From NCBI GenBank assembly GCA_001600695.1, contig BCKQ01000001.1, positions 1,270,202 through 1,334,201 on the forward strand: a stretch of 64,000 nt of DNA. The letters are read 5' to 3'. The stretch is from Ascoidea asiatica JCM 7603. Lineage: Eukaryota > Fungi > Ascomycota. Of the stretch, positions 1 through 12,254 are shown piece after piece. Each line of letters starts with the position of its first letter. Position 1 is the stretch's first letter. The position numbers and the translations under genes were made by a program. Below the pieces are notes generated by a model, which had not been told where the DNA came from, searched no databases, and saw only the letters and a list, made by a program, of their open reading frames with translations.

Positions 1-315
1 TTTATAATAATTGAAATAAAGTAAGGATCTGATAATAATAATCGAAAATAGTATATGATGATGAATAAATCTAGCAACTTTAAGCCAGTTTATAATAGTG
101 AATAATAGATCAATTACTTATAATAATTTCTAATTAAACTAATGATATGATAATAATAAATAATAATAGTATATGATAATAAATGATATTAGCAAGTTTA
201 TTCCAGTTTATAATATTAAATAATAGATCAATTAGTTATAATAATTGACAAATAAGCTAATGATATGATAATAATAAATAATAATAGTATATAATAATAA
301 ATGATACTAGCAACT
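1..315. repeat. Degenerate 118-bp tandem minisatellite (~2.7 copies visible, probably continues left of window)
   Basis: TAGCAA recurs at 72, 190 and 308. CCAGTTTATAATA..AATAATAGATCAATTA recurs at 85 and 203. Period is exactly 118 bp. Confidence 0.85.
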
Positions 316-379
316 ATATGACATTTAATAAAATTGATTAGCTAAAAAGATAAGTAATTAGCTAAAATGGATGCTGTGA

Positions 380-896
380 TAAATAAGAAGTTTTTCAGCA
401 AATACTACCCGAAATATGACCAACACTGTAATATTTGATAATTAATTTTGGAACAGAAAACAATAAAACTTGTAAAGATTCCTGCTAAGGTCCACCACTT
501 TATCTGCTTACAAAACTCAGGTTTTTTTTATTCAATATAAAAAAAATAATATTTATTAATAAGTTGAGGTTGTTAAAAACAAATTGACTGATGATAATTC
601 AAAAAGCAACAAAATTAAAAAGAAAAAAAAACGATTAAAGCTTTTTATAGTAAATTTTTTTTTTTTTTTTTTGAAATGATTATATGATTTGCACTTGCAT
701 TATTTAAGTTTTGAAACATTCTTTTAGTTTTATTATTACTGGAAATATCATTTGAATCATCAATAAAAAAAGTTGAGTCCTTATGTTGAACAAAAAATTT
801 CAAAATAAAAGGGAGATAAAGTCCTAACTTATTTTTAACTTGTTTAATTGTTTCAATTAAAAAGGGCCAAGGTAAAATTATTAAGTTATTTGACAT
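380..896 (-). pseudogene. Possible degraded gene or short ORF (83-aa ORF plus hydrophobic out-of-frame fragments)
   Basis: ATG ORF 896..645 ends just after an A18 run. Downstream frames give hydrophobic fragments (FNRFFFFLILLLFE; KWWTLAGIFTSFIVF) broken by stops. Promoter-like motifs lie directly upstream (995-1087). No recognisable family. Confidence 0.2.
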
Positions 897-994
897 GGGA
901 TATAAATATTGAAGATTAATAATAATGTAAAAAATAAATTAAAATAAAATTAAAATAATTATAAGTGTTTAAGTATCTGTTTATATATCATGCT

Positions 995-1185
995 GGTCTC
1001 CAAAAGGTAAACAAAGGTCTACCTAATGGAGAAATAAATAAACAAACACGAAAATATAAAAAAATAAATAAACAAATTAATCACGTGATAAAATTTGAAA
1101 CAAAAATTTGAAACATATAATAGAAATTGAAACACATAATAAAAATTGAAACAGAAAATTGAAACAAAAAAATAATCACGGGATC
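995..1185. promoter_or_regulatory. Promoter-like motif cluster: GGTCTC (995), forkhead-type GTAAACAA, Cbf1-type TCACGTGA (1081-1088), five (A/T)TTGAAAC repeats, CACGGG (1177)
   Basis: Motifs read directly from the sequence. The same motifs recur in other intergenic regions of the window. Confidence 0.45.
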
Positions 1186-1526
1186 ATAACTTAGTATTAT
1201 ATAAACTGAGGTCAGAAATGATTGTTGAAGCATTTCTGTCAACATTACCTGGCAAGTGCTCAGAAACTATCACACAAAAAACGTAATGCCATAGCCCAAA
1301 ACTTAAGTTCTTGTTCTCTGCATGATGAATTTGTTCTCTGCGTCACTGTATGCACCAAATAAACCTAATCACTATTGTCTCAGCAACTCTTCTAAGTTCA
1401 AGATTTAGTTTGCACCTGATTGGACAATTGCGCACTCCCCATATTTACTAATGAAACTACATCCTCGTATAATTCACTTCATAAATGGAAATTAAACTAA
1501 TTCAACTTTTAAATTATTATCGCTAC

Positions 1527-1566
1527 GGAAACCAATGGAAACCAATGGAAACTAATGGAGACCAAT
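1527..1566. repeat. 10-bp tandem repeat (GGAAACCAAT)x4, degenerate
   Basis: GGAAACCAAT GGAAACCAAT GGAAACTAAT GGAGACCAAT. Confidence 0.9.
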
Positions 1567-2153
1567 ATTATTACTTCAAATCCTGGAAATGGCTAATTTT
1601 AAGGAGTTCCTTAAAATACTTTTCAGTCTGTTCAATTGAGTTTCTGACTTCTCTGAAACATTATCTTTTTTTTTAGGATCCTTCATTTTTTATAAATATT
1701 GTAGCTGTGGATACCTCAATTAAATTTCAAGTTTATGTAAAAATTAACAATGATAGAACAATTTTGATTACCATAAATAACTTTCTTAGAAATATAGTAA
1801 ATTCTCGAATTTAGGGGATAACTTCTTTGAGTTGAGTTTATAAACCCTTGTTTCTTTTGTGTGTTTTGTTTGAAATTTCAATTAACAAAATACAATAAAA
1901 ATATAGTGTCGTCAAGTTTCAGAATTCTCTAGTACTAAGTAATCCAATGATTGATTCTTAAGAATTCAACAGGTTGAAATTTACAGTGATTTTATTTATA
2001 TTCAGTAGCTTTAAAATTATCCTGATTAGCCTCCTTGAAAATTGAATTTTGCAAAAGCTCTTTGAAGTTAAATAAAATTACGGACTCAAAAATAGAAATT
2101 AATCTTTCATTTTTTTGATATCTATTATTACTCCTATGATATTATATATACTC

Positions 2154-2179
2154 TATTATTATTATTATTATTATTATTA

Positions 2180-2225
<46 letters not shown>

Positions 2226-2226
2226 T
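2154..2226. repeat. (ATT)n microsatellite
   Basis: About 23 near-perfect trinucleotide units. Confidence 0.9.
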
Positions 2227-2826
2227 TTCTTTATCAGTAATGCTTATGTTTGCTTGACAGAATCATATTGCTGGAATTGAAAACTTTTACTCTTCATTAT
2301 TATCATTTATTTCTTATTCTTAATTCTTTCCTTAAAACATTGAATCAAAGTTGAAAAATTTCATCAAAAGTATATGATTTTTTTTGCTCAAAAAGATTTA
2401 CTTTGATCTCAGATAACTTAATAGCCTAATACTCTTTGGCAAGATCAAAGATAGTTTTCGATCTGATTGAAGAGATTAAATAAATTAAAGTAAAATAAAA
2501 TAAAATTAATTTGGATAAGATCAAGCTATAATATCACGTGCCGCGAAAAAGGACAGCATTTATCTCGGTGAAAGAGGTGTAAAGGCGCTTAGAACGAATA
2601 TTAAGATAATATCTGCTAAACTATGTAAATGAAATATCCAGGAACGGTTTATTCTTAAAGGAGTATTGAATGATTTCTAATTACCAACAGAAACAATTAA
2701 ACAATTTACCAATTATGCTGAGTATACTTTTCATCAATTGAAATAAATAATTAAATCAAATAGATATATCACCAATAAATAAGTAAAGTTATCATCTCAA
2801 TATTCATAATAACCATCAATTAATCA

Positions 2827-5800
2827 ATGAAATCTGTTCAAAGGCAATTATCTAATTTGCGAAATTCTGCAGGTTCTCCTTCTTCTCCTGCTAGATCAAA
2901 TAGTAATGATAATGGTTTAACTTTGGCTCAACAGTATGATTATGATAGAAATAGTTTAATTAAATATTGTTTTTCAAGATATGATAAAGATGGTGTTTTA
3001 CATGAAAATTATATTACTCATGTTAGAATAATTGAGGATTCTCATTATCCTTCTTTAAAACCACCTCCAACTTCAAATCCACATAATAAAAAAAGTCGTA
3101 TTTTAACATTAGGTGTAAAACGAACAGGTAGAGTTAGATTACATAAAGGTAGAGAAAATAATGATAAATCTTTTCAAGTCGGTAGAACTTGGGATTTAGA
3201 AGAATTATCTGTAATTCAATTAGATTCTGCAAGTCAAACTGGTTTTATTATTGTTCTAGGTAAACCTTATTATTGGGAAACAAATTCAAATAGAGAAAGA
3301 GCTGTATTTCTTAAAAGTGTTTGTAGTATATATTCCAAATATAAACATGGTCAGTTACCAAAACTTATAGAATTTGACAAACCAACCTTAGCTGAAATAT
3401 ATTCTGTTGCTGCCATGGAAAAATCTCAAGGAAATCAAGGAAATCAATCTAATCAAACACCTCCCGCAGTAAGATCTCCAACTCGTACATCAATTCAAAG
3501 CAGTCATAAATCTTTATCTCACACTCCTCATAATCCCAATAAAATATCAAGTCCTTCCAAATCAATACAATCTAGTTATTCCCAAAACACTCAAATTACT
3601 CAAAATACTCAAAATTCACAATCTACTCAAAATTCCTCTCCTTTTCCTTTTCAAAAAACTCAATCTCAAGCCATACCAACTTCATATAGAGGAGATATGT
3701 CTTTTTCAAGAAAAAATTCTCAAGCAAATATTCTGCCAGAACAAAGAAATCCCCATGGGAATCAAAATTTTCAACCAATAAATAAATCTAATAGTCATAC
3801 TCCTTATAATTCATCTCCAAATTCACAAATACAACCTCATGGTTCTCAGAATTCTTTACCAATTCAGCAATATAATCAATCACATCCACCACATTCTTCT
3901 CAACTTTCTCAAATTTCCCAAATTTCTCAAGTTCCTCTGTTGAACTATCCTCACCAAAAACCACTACAACCTCAATCTCCAATATCAAATAATAACTTCA
4001 GGAAAATGCAGAGGAAACCATCACAACAGCCATTACAACAACCTTATCAACAACCATTTCAGCAATCACAACAGCCACCACAACAATCATCACCTCGACA
4101 ATTGAAACAACCAATACAAATGCAAAAACCACTTCAAAAGCCTACACTGGTTTCAGCTCCAACTCAAATAAATCAAAAATTACCAGAACCTCAACCTTTA
4201 CAACCATCGGTTAAACCCAAATTTAATCAATCCCAAAAATATTCAGATTCTTACAGTGATGTAATTAAAAATAGTTCTTTAGCAAATCTAAATAACATTA
4301 AAAATGTCAAAGAAAACACTCCTTCAGATAATATTGCATCAATTTCTCCTTCAATAATAGGAAACAGATCAAGAAAAGGTTCAATATTAAATAATCCTAA
4401 ATTCAAACAGTTTGAGCAAATTAATAATGCCTCTCCCACTAGTACAAATAACACTCTAAAGAAAAACTTAGCTGGAAGTGTAAGCCAAAGAAAAAATATG
4501 TTTGATGGTAAGCCTGAACCATTAGTAAATAATACATTTAATAAATCAACTTCTATGAGATCAAATTTCAAGGATTTATCTCAGACACCTGAACAAAAAT
4601 CAAATTCCGGCGAATCGTATTCTATTCCTCCTCTTAATATACCTAAACAGCGAAAAAATAATTTGCCGAGTGAAAAAAATTCCTTGAAGGGTCAAGCAAT
4701 AAATTCTACTATGCCAGATTATGCCCAAAGCTCAACTGTTCAAAAAGAAAATTCTCAAATGCCAAAAATTGCTATAGAGACCTCAACTTCTGTCAATTCT
4801 AGCGATTATAAACCAGGACAAATAACTCCTTTGAAATCAGTACCTTCAATTGATTTTTCTTCGAAGAATAGTTTCAAAGAAACTTCTGTCAAGGTAGCCC
4901 CTCCTACTTTGCCAAGTTTTGAGGTTACTCCTAGTTTTCAAATCACCGATTCTTATGAGTCAAATAAAAATCTTATTAGTAACAGTTCCTATTCAGAAAC
5001 TAATAGTTCTAATCAAACAACAGAAGAAAAATCTGGTAAGGGTTCAAATGAAGACTCTGAATCAGAATTTAGAGGGCATCAGCATAGCTCTTCCATAGCT
5101 AGCATTCAATTCAAGAGCCGTAGATCTCAACACAAAGATTTGGATATCGATAATGAGGAAGATGATATAGTTAATTTTTTTGATACTGTGACAAGTACCA
5201 AATCTGATAATGGCTTCACTAATTCAAATGCTGTTATCGAGGATGTTCTGAACTCAAATTTTCAAGATGATACGATCAATAACAATGAATCTGATCTTGA
5301 CGATAGTCTTTCTGAACTCGATGATTTAAATGAAAAAGATACTACATTAGAAGCCCCTCAAAATGCACGTACCTTGAAGTTTGCAGATGATAAAACCAGT
5401 TCAATAAATAATGCTTCTAAATCAAAACATAAAAGAACTGGATCTACCCTGTCTTTGAGAACTCAAATGTCACCATTAGAAGAGTTATTAGATGAAATAG
5501 ATTGGAAGAGCTCTGATGATGCCAATACTATAGAAAAGAAATTGTTGAAAGCTTTATCAGAAACTGAATATGAAAGCATGAATTCTCTTATTAATGTCTC
5601 ACTGAATTATTCTCAAATCAATGAGTCTATGATGGCCTCAATTTCTGAATGTGATAAACTTGAGCCTCTTTTAACATTTTTCGAAGTAGAACTTAATGGT
5701 TTCCAAGATGATATAAATTATATTGAAAGACAAGGCCATGGTTTGCAAGTTAAAACAACTAACAAAAAATTATTATGGAATCAATTAAAAAACATTCTAG

Positions 5801-7953
5801 CTAATGTCAATCTTTCTGATGATGAATTACAAATTCTCCAATATAATAAATTATCAAGTTCTAGTGAAGTTCAAATAGTTGAAAATATTTTAGTCAATCT
5901 TTATGGAGCTATAAAAACTATTAGAGGAGAAAATCTTAACAAAGATTTAGCAGCAAAGGGAGATTTCGACTCTCTTGGAGATCAACAGGAAGATTTTGGC
6001 GAAATGAAGGCCCTACAAGAAAGAAGAAATAATTATGAGAAAGTTACTAGTTTTTTTATAGGGAGATTCAATAATATAATAGAAGAGAAATTCAGATATG
6101 TATGTAATGAGCTGGAAACCTATTTTGATAGATTATTAATTCAATATTCAGATCTTACAAAATTGAAAGAGAACTTAGATTTTACTAGTATTATTGAGTT
6201 CCAAACTAAACAGTTGGCTCAACTTCTTGAATTCAGTGGAGTTATTTTTTTTATTAAGGAAATTTCGGTCAATGATTTTCATAGTTTAATTAAGATGTAT
6301 CAAAATATGTTTGGAAAACTATATCATCGATTAATAACATCATATAAAAATAATTTAAATAAAGTTATAACTGGAACTTTATCAGAGTATCATTTAACAG
6401 CTGTTTTTGATTTGGCTGGAAATGGACGAGAAAATGTTTTAAATAGACTTAATTCTTTCAAAAAGCCAGTGGAGAAACAAAAAGTTGGATTAATGAGAAG
6501 TCAAACATTATCAAAATTAAGAGGAGGAATTGAGAAAAGTAAAAAGAATAAAGAAACTCTGATTATGGAAGAACCTAATGAAGCCGTTAAGCAATTTAAG
6601 ATTCTTAATTCATTTTCGAATAAATTTGAAATTTTAGCTCATTCGCTTTTAAGTAAGTTCATTAGTGGTACTATCCAGTTGATGATTTATCAACAGGATT
6701 TTATTGTTGATTTTTTTCATTTATCATCATATGACTATAATAACTTTAAAGATTATTTGAAAAAGAATACAGTTCCAAAAGATAGAATAGAAAAATACCT
6801 TTCTAAAGAAAAATTCTATGATGAAAGAATGGAATTGAATCAGGAAAGTTCTAATACTATTTTAAGCCTACTCAGTGGAATATTTTCGAATGATCTTAAT
6901 ACAATGGTTAATTATTTTCAAGATTTTGTTTCTCAGAATATGCTTTTAGCTCCTGTTATTATTTTAGAATTTGAAAGATATAATAGAGAACTTAATCCAG
7001 GTAATCAAGAATTGATTTTAAAGGGTCTTGTTACTAAAAGTTTGAATAAATTAAGAGCAAGTTGGTCTTCTTATATTGGTAACCAAATCAGAGCTACGGA
7101 AAAAAATTTACATATGGGACTTGATACAACTAAAAGAGTAGGTATCTTATTTTCTGTTAAATTGTTACCGGAGTTCATTGCCGAAATAGAGTCAACTATA
7201 AAATTTTCTGATTTAGGGTATGGAGAAATCAATGAGTTTGATGTTAGAGATATGTTAGACAAATCTTATACCGATCTTTCTAGTAGTTTCTCTAAAAGTT
7301 TTGAAAAGGGGTTAATAGATTGTGCAACTATAGTTATAAGTTATACATCTGGAATAATTGATGAAAGTATTTCAGGAATTTCCAATAAAATGAAATTCCA
7401 TTCATCAGATGAGCATGATGAAAAGTCTAAATTAAACAAAGCAATTAATCTATTCCGAAATACAAATTATTTAATTGAAAAATTCTCTTTAACAGATAAT
7501 GCTTCGTTATTACGATTTAGATCTAGTTGTACTAAAATTTATAAACAAGCTTTAAACATTTATGTCAATTTAATTTTACAAAGACCTATTGGAAAACTTA
7601 TTGAGTTTGTTGAAGGAATTGAAAATGCAGTTAAAAGCCAAAGTGATTCAGGGAAAGTGGTTGATCCAACAAAAATTTCAGGCTACAGTAAATCATCTTT
7701 GAAAAAATTACTAAGTATATATGATGTTAAAGAACTTGCTAGAGGTAAAGAAATTTTATATAAAAGAGTTGAAAAACATTTAATTCTTGAAGAAAAACAG
7801 AATGATCTTAGTTGTTTCAATATAAATGATCTTGAAGTTAAAAAACTAGAAGAAGAATTATTCAAAAAAGTTTGGAAAGTAATTGAAGACAAATATTCTT
7901 CACTATCCACCCGAATAAAATCACTAGCAGAGTTGTATAATATAGATATATAG
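2827..7953 (+). CDS. SEC3: Exocyst complex component Sec3
   Basis: N-terminal Sec3 PH-like/PIP2-binding domain (YITHVRIIED...KSRILTLGVK...RLHKGREN...FQVGRTWDLEEL...GKPYYWET), a long S/Q/P-rich linker, and a C-terminal helical Sec3 region (IERQGHGLQVKTTNKKLLWNQL; LYKRVEKH). Confidence 0.95.
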   Translation: MKSVQRQLSNLRNSAGSPSSPARSNSNDNGLTLAQQYDYDRNSLIKYCFSRYDKDGVLHENYITHVRIIEDSHYPSLKPPPTSNPHNKKSRILTLGVKRTGRVRLHKGRENNDKSFQVGRTWDLEELSVIQLDSASQTGFIIVLGKPYYWETNSNRERAVFLKSVCSIYSKYKHGQLPKLIEFDKPTLAEIYSVAAMEKSQGNQGNQSNQTPPAVRSPTRTSIQSSHKSLSHTPHNPNKISSPSKSIQSSYSQNTQITQNTQNSQSTQNSSPFPFQKTQSQAIPTSYRGDMSFSRKNSQANILPEQRNPHGNQNFQPINKSNSHTPYNSSPNSQIQPHGSQNSLPIQQYNQSHPPHSSQLSQISQISQVPLLNYPHQKPLQPQSPISNNNFRKMQRKPSQQPLQQPYQQPFQQSQQPPQQSSPRQLKQPIQMQKPLQKPTLVSAPTQINQKLPEPQPLQPSVKPKFNQSQKYSDSYSDVIKNSSLANLNNIKNVKENTPSDNIASISPSIIGNRSRKGSILNNPKFKQFEQINNASPTSTNNTLKKNLAGSVSQRKNMFDGKPEPLVNNTFNKSTSMRSNFKDLSQTPEQKSNSGESYSIPPLNIPKQRKNNLPSEKNSLKGQAINSTMPDYAQSSTVQKENSQMPKIAIETSTSVNSSDYKPGQITPLKSVPSIDFSSKNSFKETSVKVAPPTLPSFEVTPSFQITDSYESNKNLISNSSYSETNSSNQTTEEKSGKGSNEDSESEFRGHQHSSSIASIQFKSRRSQHKDLDIDNEEDDIVNFFDTVTSTKSDNGFTNSNAVIEDVLNSNFQDDTINNNESDLDDSLSELDDLNEKDTTLEAPQNARTLKFADDKTSSINNASKSKHKRTGSTLSLRTQMSPLEELLDEIDWKSSDDANTIEKKLLKALSETEYESMNSLINVSLNYSQINESMMASISECDKLEPLLTFFEVELNGFQDDINYIERQGHGLQVKTTNKKLLWNQLKNILANVNLSDDELQILQYNKLSSSSEVQIVENILVNLYGAIKTIRGENLNKDLAAKGDFDSLGDQQEDFGEMKALQERRNNYEKVTSFFIGRFNNIIEEKFRYVCNELETYFDRLLIQYSDLTKLKENLDFTSIIEFQTKQLAQLLEFSGVIFFIKEISVNDFHSLIKMYQNMFGKLYHRLITSYKNNLNKVITGTLSEYHLTAVFDLAGNGRENVLNRLNSFKKPVEKQKVGLMRSQTLSKLRGGIEKSKKNKETLIMEEPNEAVKQFKILNSFSNKFEILAHSLLSKFISGTIQLMIYQQDFIVDFFHLSSYDYNNFKDYLKKNTVPKDRIEKYLSKEKFYDERMELNQESSNTILSLLSGIFSNDLNTMVNYFQDFVSQNMLLAPVIILEFERYNRELNPGNQELILKGLVTKSLNKLRASWSSYIGNQIRATEKNLHMGLDTTKRVGILFSVKLLPEFIAEIESTIKFSDLGYGEINEFDVRDMLDKSYTDLSSSFSKSFEKGLIDCATIVISYTSGIIDESISGISNKMKFHSSDEHDEKSKLNKAINLFRNTNYLIEKFSLTDNASLLRFRSSCTKIYKQALNIYVNLILQRPIGKLIEFVEGIENAVKSQSDSGKVVDPTKISGYSKSSLKKLLSIYDVKELARGKEILYKRVEKHLILEEKQNDLSCFNINDLEVKKLEEELFKKVWKVIEDKYSSLSTRIKSLAELYNIDI

Positions 7954-8300
7954 CCATAGCTTCAAAATTTAAACTTTTAATGTTTTATTATTCTTTTAAT
8001 TTTTGATATTTATATTCAAACTTAAGATTTAGGCTTTAAAGTATATATAAAAAAAAAAATGTTTTCGGGAAGCTGATTGGACGGGTTGGAGAAACCGAGA
8101 ATAATATAAACACACAGAAAGGGCACGTGATTTTCGTACCTAAAATAAAACTCGAATTTGCTCATTGATTTTTGATTTTAATTTTTGATTTTAAATTGGA
8201 TTGAAGAAGAGAAAAAAAAAATTTATTTTAACAACATCGATATTTTGTGATTATTAAACAAAAATAATAAAAAAGAAAGTAATAAACAATTTCTTCAATA

Positions 8301-10004
8301 ATGGATAGTAAAGTTTTAGGTATTTTAGGTGGTGGCCAACTTGGTCGTATGCTTTTAGAAGCTTCAAATCGTTTAAATATCAAAACTATTATTTTAGATT
8401 CCGGGAATAATACAAGTGCTAAACAAATATCAAATGCAGAACATATTGATGGATCTTTTAAAAATCCTGAAGATATTCAAAAACTTTGTGATATTTGTGA
8501 TGTAGTAACTATTGAAATTGAACATATTAATGCTGACTATCTTTTAGAACTTCAAAAGACTAATCCAAAAATTGAATTTTATCCATCCCCAAAAGTTATT
8601 AAATTAATTCAAGATAAATATAATCAAAAATTACATTTAATTGAAAACGATATTAAAGTTGCAGAATCATTATCAGTTGAACCAAATTATGAATCATTAA
8701 TAAATGTTGGAGAAAAATTTGGTTATCCATTTATGTTAAAATCAAGAACAATGGCTTATGATGGTAGAGGAAATTTTGTTGTTAAGAATAAAGAAGAAAT
8801 TTCAAAAGGATTAGAATTCTTAAAAAATAATAAATTATTATATGCAGAAAAATGGTGCCCTTTTATAAAAGAATTAGCTGTAATGGTATTATTAACAAAA
8901 AATGGAGAAATTTTAACATATCCAACAGTTGAAACAATTCATAAAAATAATATTTGTGATATTGTTTATGCACCAGCAGAAATTTCTAAAAAAATTCAAA
9001 TTGATGCACAAAATTTAGCTAAAAATGCAGTTAAATCATTTTCAAATGCAGGAGCAGGAATTTTTGGAGTTGAAATGTTTTTATTAGAAAATGGAGAATT
9101 ATTAATTAATGAAATTGCTCCAAGACCACATAATTCAGGACATTATACAATTGATGCATGTGTTTGTTCACAATTTGAGGCACATATTAGATCAGTTTTA
9201 GGATTACCAATACCAAAAGATTTAACAAAATTTTCAACAAGTATAACTAATGCAATAATGTATAATGTTATTGGTGATAAAATACCAAATAAAGAATTGG
9301 AATCATGTAAAAGAGCATTAGAAACTTCAAAATCATCAGTTTATCTTTATGGAAAATCAACAAGATTTGAAAGAAAAGTTGGACATATAAATATTATTGG
9401 AGATTCAATGGAAGAATGTAAAGAAAAATTAAATTATATAATTAATGGTGAAATAATTGTTGAAAAAAAAAATAATTTAATTACAGGAATTTCAAAAAAT
9501 CCATTAATTGGAATTATTATGGGATCAGATTCAGATTTACCAGTAATGTCAATTGGAGCAAATATTTTAAAAAAATTTAATATACCATTTGAAATTACTA
9601 TAGTTTCAGCACATAGAACACCATTACGTATGGTTGAATATAGTAAAAAAGCATCAGATAGAGGAATTAAAGTAATTATTGCAGGAGCAGGAGGAGCAGC
9701 GCATTTACCAGGAATGGTTGCATCAATGACAATATTACCAGTTATTGGAGTACCAATTAAAGGATCAAGTTTAGAAGGAGTTGATTCATTATATTCAATT
9801 GTTCAAATGCCAAGAGGTATACCAGTTGCAACCGTTGCAATTAATAATTCAACTAATGCAGTTTTATTAGCTATAAGAATTTTATCAACATTTATACCAG
9901 AATATAAAGATAAATTAAGTGAATATGTTAAAAGTATGGAAAATGAAGTTAATAAAAAAATTGAAAAAATTGAAAGTATTGGATATGAAGCGTATAATAA
10001 ATAG
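8301..10004 (+). CDS. ADE2: Phosphoribosylaminoimidazole carboxylase (PurK-PurE fusion)
   Basis: [14 protein letters not shown]-grasp motifs ([22 protein letters not shown]) and PurE motifs ([46 protein letters not shown]). Confidence 0.99.
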   Translation: MDSKVLGILGGGQLGRMLLEASNRLNIKTIILDSGNNTSAKQISNAEHIDGSFKNPEDIQKLCDICDVVTIEIEHINADYLLELQKTNPKIEFYPSPKVIKLIQDKYNQKLHLIENDIKVAESLSVEPNYESLINVGEKFGYPFMLKSRTMAYDGRGNFVVKNKEEISKGLEFLKNNKLLYAEKWCPFIKELAVMVLLTKNGEILTYPTVETIHKNNICDIVYAPAEISKKIQIDAQNLAKNAVKSFSNAGAGIFGVEMFLLENGELLINEIAPRPHNSGHYTIDACVCSQFEAHIRSVLGLPIPKDLTKFSTSITNAIMYNVIGDKIPNKELESCKRALETSKSSVYLYGKSTRFERKVGHINIIGDSMEECKEKLNYIINGEIIVEKKNNLITGISKNPLIGIIMGSDSDLPVMSIGANILKKFNIPFEITIVSAHRTPLRMVEYSKKASDRGIKVIIAGAGGAAHLPGMVASMTILPVIGVPIKGSSLEGVDSLYSIVQMPRGIPVATVAINNSTNAVLLAIRILSTFIPEYKDKLSEYVKSMENEVNKKIEKIESIGYEAYNK

Positions 10005-10125
10005 ATAGATAAATATTTCATTTAAGTTATATATTTTATTTTATACTGTATATATTTATATACAGTATATAATATTTACATTTTTTATATATCTTTTTTT
10101 TAAATTATTAATATTATTATTGTGA

Positions 10126-10938
10126 TTATTTATCATTATTATCCAATTTTAAATCAATATCATTGTCATTTATAGGATTATTGAATTTAAGATTATTTGT
10201 TGATAATAAATTGAATTTTTGATAATTTAAAGATTTTAAAGTTTTTGAAATTTTTATATTTTTGAAATCTTCTAATGATTTTATAATCTCATTTATATTT
10301 TGATCGAAATTAATATTTTGATTATTAAAGAAAAGTAAATCATATTCACTATTTATATTATAATATATATCTTTATTATGAATAATTTTATAAATTATTA
10401 AATTTTTATCAATTGAATTAATTTTTAAATCTATTAGATTTAATTTTTTTAAAATACATAAATTTTTTTCTAATTCAATTTCATTTTCAAATATTGTAAT
10501 TGTAATTGTATTTGAATTTGAATTTGAATTTGAATTAGTATTATTTAAGGTTCTTAAATTATCTGAAAGTAATTCATAAGATATTAAATTATTAAAAGAA
10601 TTTAAATTTTGATAAATTGAGATTAAAGTATTTAATAAAGTTAAAATTTTTAATTTTTTTAATGAATTTTTATTTAAATTGATAAATTGATTTAAATTAT
10701 TGAAATAAATAAAATAATTACCAAAAGAGAATAATTCTAAAGTTTTTAAGTAATTTGAATTATTTGAAAGTTTTAATTTAATATTTATGAATTTATTAAT
10801 TCTTATATAATTGAAATTTAATGTATGATTATCTTCAAATTTATCTTCTAGAAATTTTAGTATTTGATTTATCGCTGTTGAATCATTTATTTCAGATATA
10901 TTATTTATCACTGGAAGAGATGTATTTGATTTTGACAT
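10126..10938 (-). CDS. CSN9: PCI-domain protein, COP9 signalosome subunit 7 (Csn7/Csn9)-like, highly diverged
   Basis: LELFSFGNY...LKKLKILTLL...ISYELL...ELEKNL...LIDLKINSIDKNL matches the CSN7 pattern. CSN9 also lies near SEC7 and ARG82 in S. cerevisiae (YDR179C, YDR170C, YDR173C). Confidence 0.7.
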   Translation of the reverse strand: MSKSNTSLPVINNISEINDSTAINQILKFLEDKFEDNHTLNFNYIRINKFINIKLKLSNNSNYLKTLELFSFGNYFIYFNNLNQFINLNKNSLKKLKILTLLNTLISIYQNLNSFNNLISYELLSDNLRTLNNTNSNSNSNSNTITITIFENEIELEKNLCILKKLNLIDLKINSIDKNLIIYKIIHNKDIYYNINSEYDLLFFNNQNINFDQNINEIIKSLEDFKNIKISKTLKSLNYQKFNLLSTNNLKFNNPINDNDIDLKLDNNDK

Positions 10939-11109
10939 TATCTTAGATTAATTGAATGACTCAATGATTGGATAATTGAATGATTGACTGATTGAATATA
11001 TTTAATTCAATTGATTCAATTCAATTCGATTAAAAATATTTTACTTGTTTATTTATTATCTATTATCTATTGCATTTATTGCATTTATTGAGTTAATTAT
11101 ATTTAATTT

Positions 11110-11560
11110 AAATGGGACAATGCAACGTCCCTAATAACTTGATACACTGCACCTATTTGGGGCAAACTCTTCGGACAAGTTTGTGGTGCGCTTCATCTTA
11201 ATATACAGGACGGACTGAAACGGGACAGGCACGCTCGGTATCTTTTTTGGTCTCTTGTTGTTGGTGTGGCGAGTGGCGAGTGGCGTGGTTGTGCTGCTGC
11301 GAGATTTGTATGCAGCAAGTCCGCCGCAGCGTCACTGCTCGTCTCTTGGAAACTCCGCAGAAGGAGCACCGCCACAGGAATGACCTTCCCTGAGCCACAC
11401 CCAGAGCGCGGCACTGCGCCGGAAGAGCAGTGATATGGGCAAAGAGACCAGATCTGGGGGTGTTCTTGCCGAGGACTGGTTACTGGAGGGTGGCTAGTAA
11501 CTATACACCAGCCTTGTTAGGGGCTTACCTGCTCCTAATCCAGAAATATCGCCATTTTCC
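11110..11560. promoter_or_regulatory. GC-rich island in the divergent promoter between the CSN9-like gene and orphan 12255
   Basis: Abrupt GC- and CpG-rich stretch in very AT-rich surroundings. Contains GGTCTC/GAGACC at 11249 and 11444 and a tandem GTGGCGA repeat. Confidence 0.6.
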
Positions 11561-12254
11561 TTTTAAAAGCATTTATTCTTCTTAACACCTTCGAAAGTCA
11601 CAATTAATTTAATTCACCATGAAAATATTCTAAATTACTATTAAAATATTCTAAACTACTATGATTTAATATGATTTAATGGAAATAACATGAATAATCA
11701 TAAAATAATCATAAAATAATCTCAAATAATCTCAAATATTTGCTAAATAATAAATAAATTATCAACAATTAATCTAAAATAATAATCATTTAATGTCCTT
11801 TACAATCATATTAATCACAGATAAAAATCAAAATAAGTAATTACTTAATCAATAATTTTAATGAACTTTGTTAACTTAATTTATTCTATTAAATAAATTT
11901 ATAAATTTATTTCAATCATGTTTTATAATTACTTAATATATTAAGTATAATTTCAATTATATTCAATATAAAACTCTTGTTTATTTCAATCTCCACTTAA
12001 ATTTAAAGCTTAAAAGACTAATTAATGTCTAAATATTTTGGACAATTCTTTATCACTCATTATTCAATTGAATATACTGTATAATCATATACATATAAAT
12101 ATTGTATTATATTATATATATATACTGTATATATAATCATATATTTCATATCATTAATGAAGAATTTCAAATTATATTATATTATACTAATATATTCAAT
12201 TAAATTCAATTTTAATATTATATTCCAATATTAATAATTATAATAACAATCAAT

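Noticed and set aside
1081-1190. Point-centromere-like CDEI (ATCACGTG) followed by AT-rich DNA
   Set aside because: No CDEIII (TTCCGAA-type) element at the expected distance, and TCACGTG occurs in several ordinary promoters here.
1322-1419. Box C/D snoRNA-like ATGATGA...CTGA
   Set aside because: No terminal stem, and only ~7 nt of recognisable rRNA complementarity. snoscan or cmscan would be needed.
1241-1440. U1 snRNA-like TTACCTGGC
   Set aside because: Lacks the invariant ACTTACC 5' end, the 70K loop and a properly placed Sm site.
11265-11290. Rpn4 (PACE)-like GTGGCGA tandem upstream of the CSN9-like gene
   Set aside because: Imperfect match to GGTGGCAAA and explainable as a local 7-bp slippage repeat.
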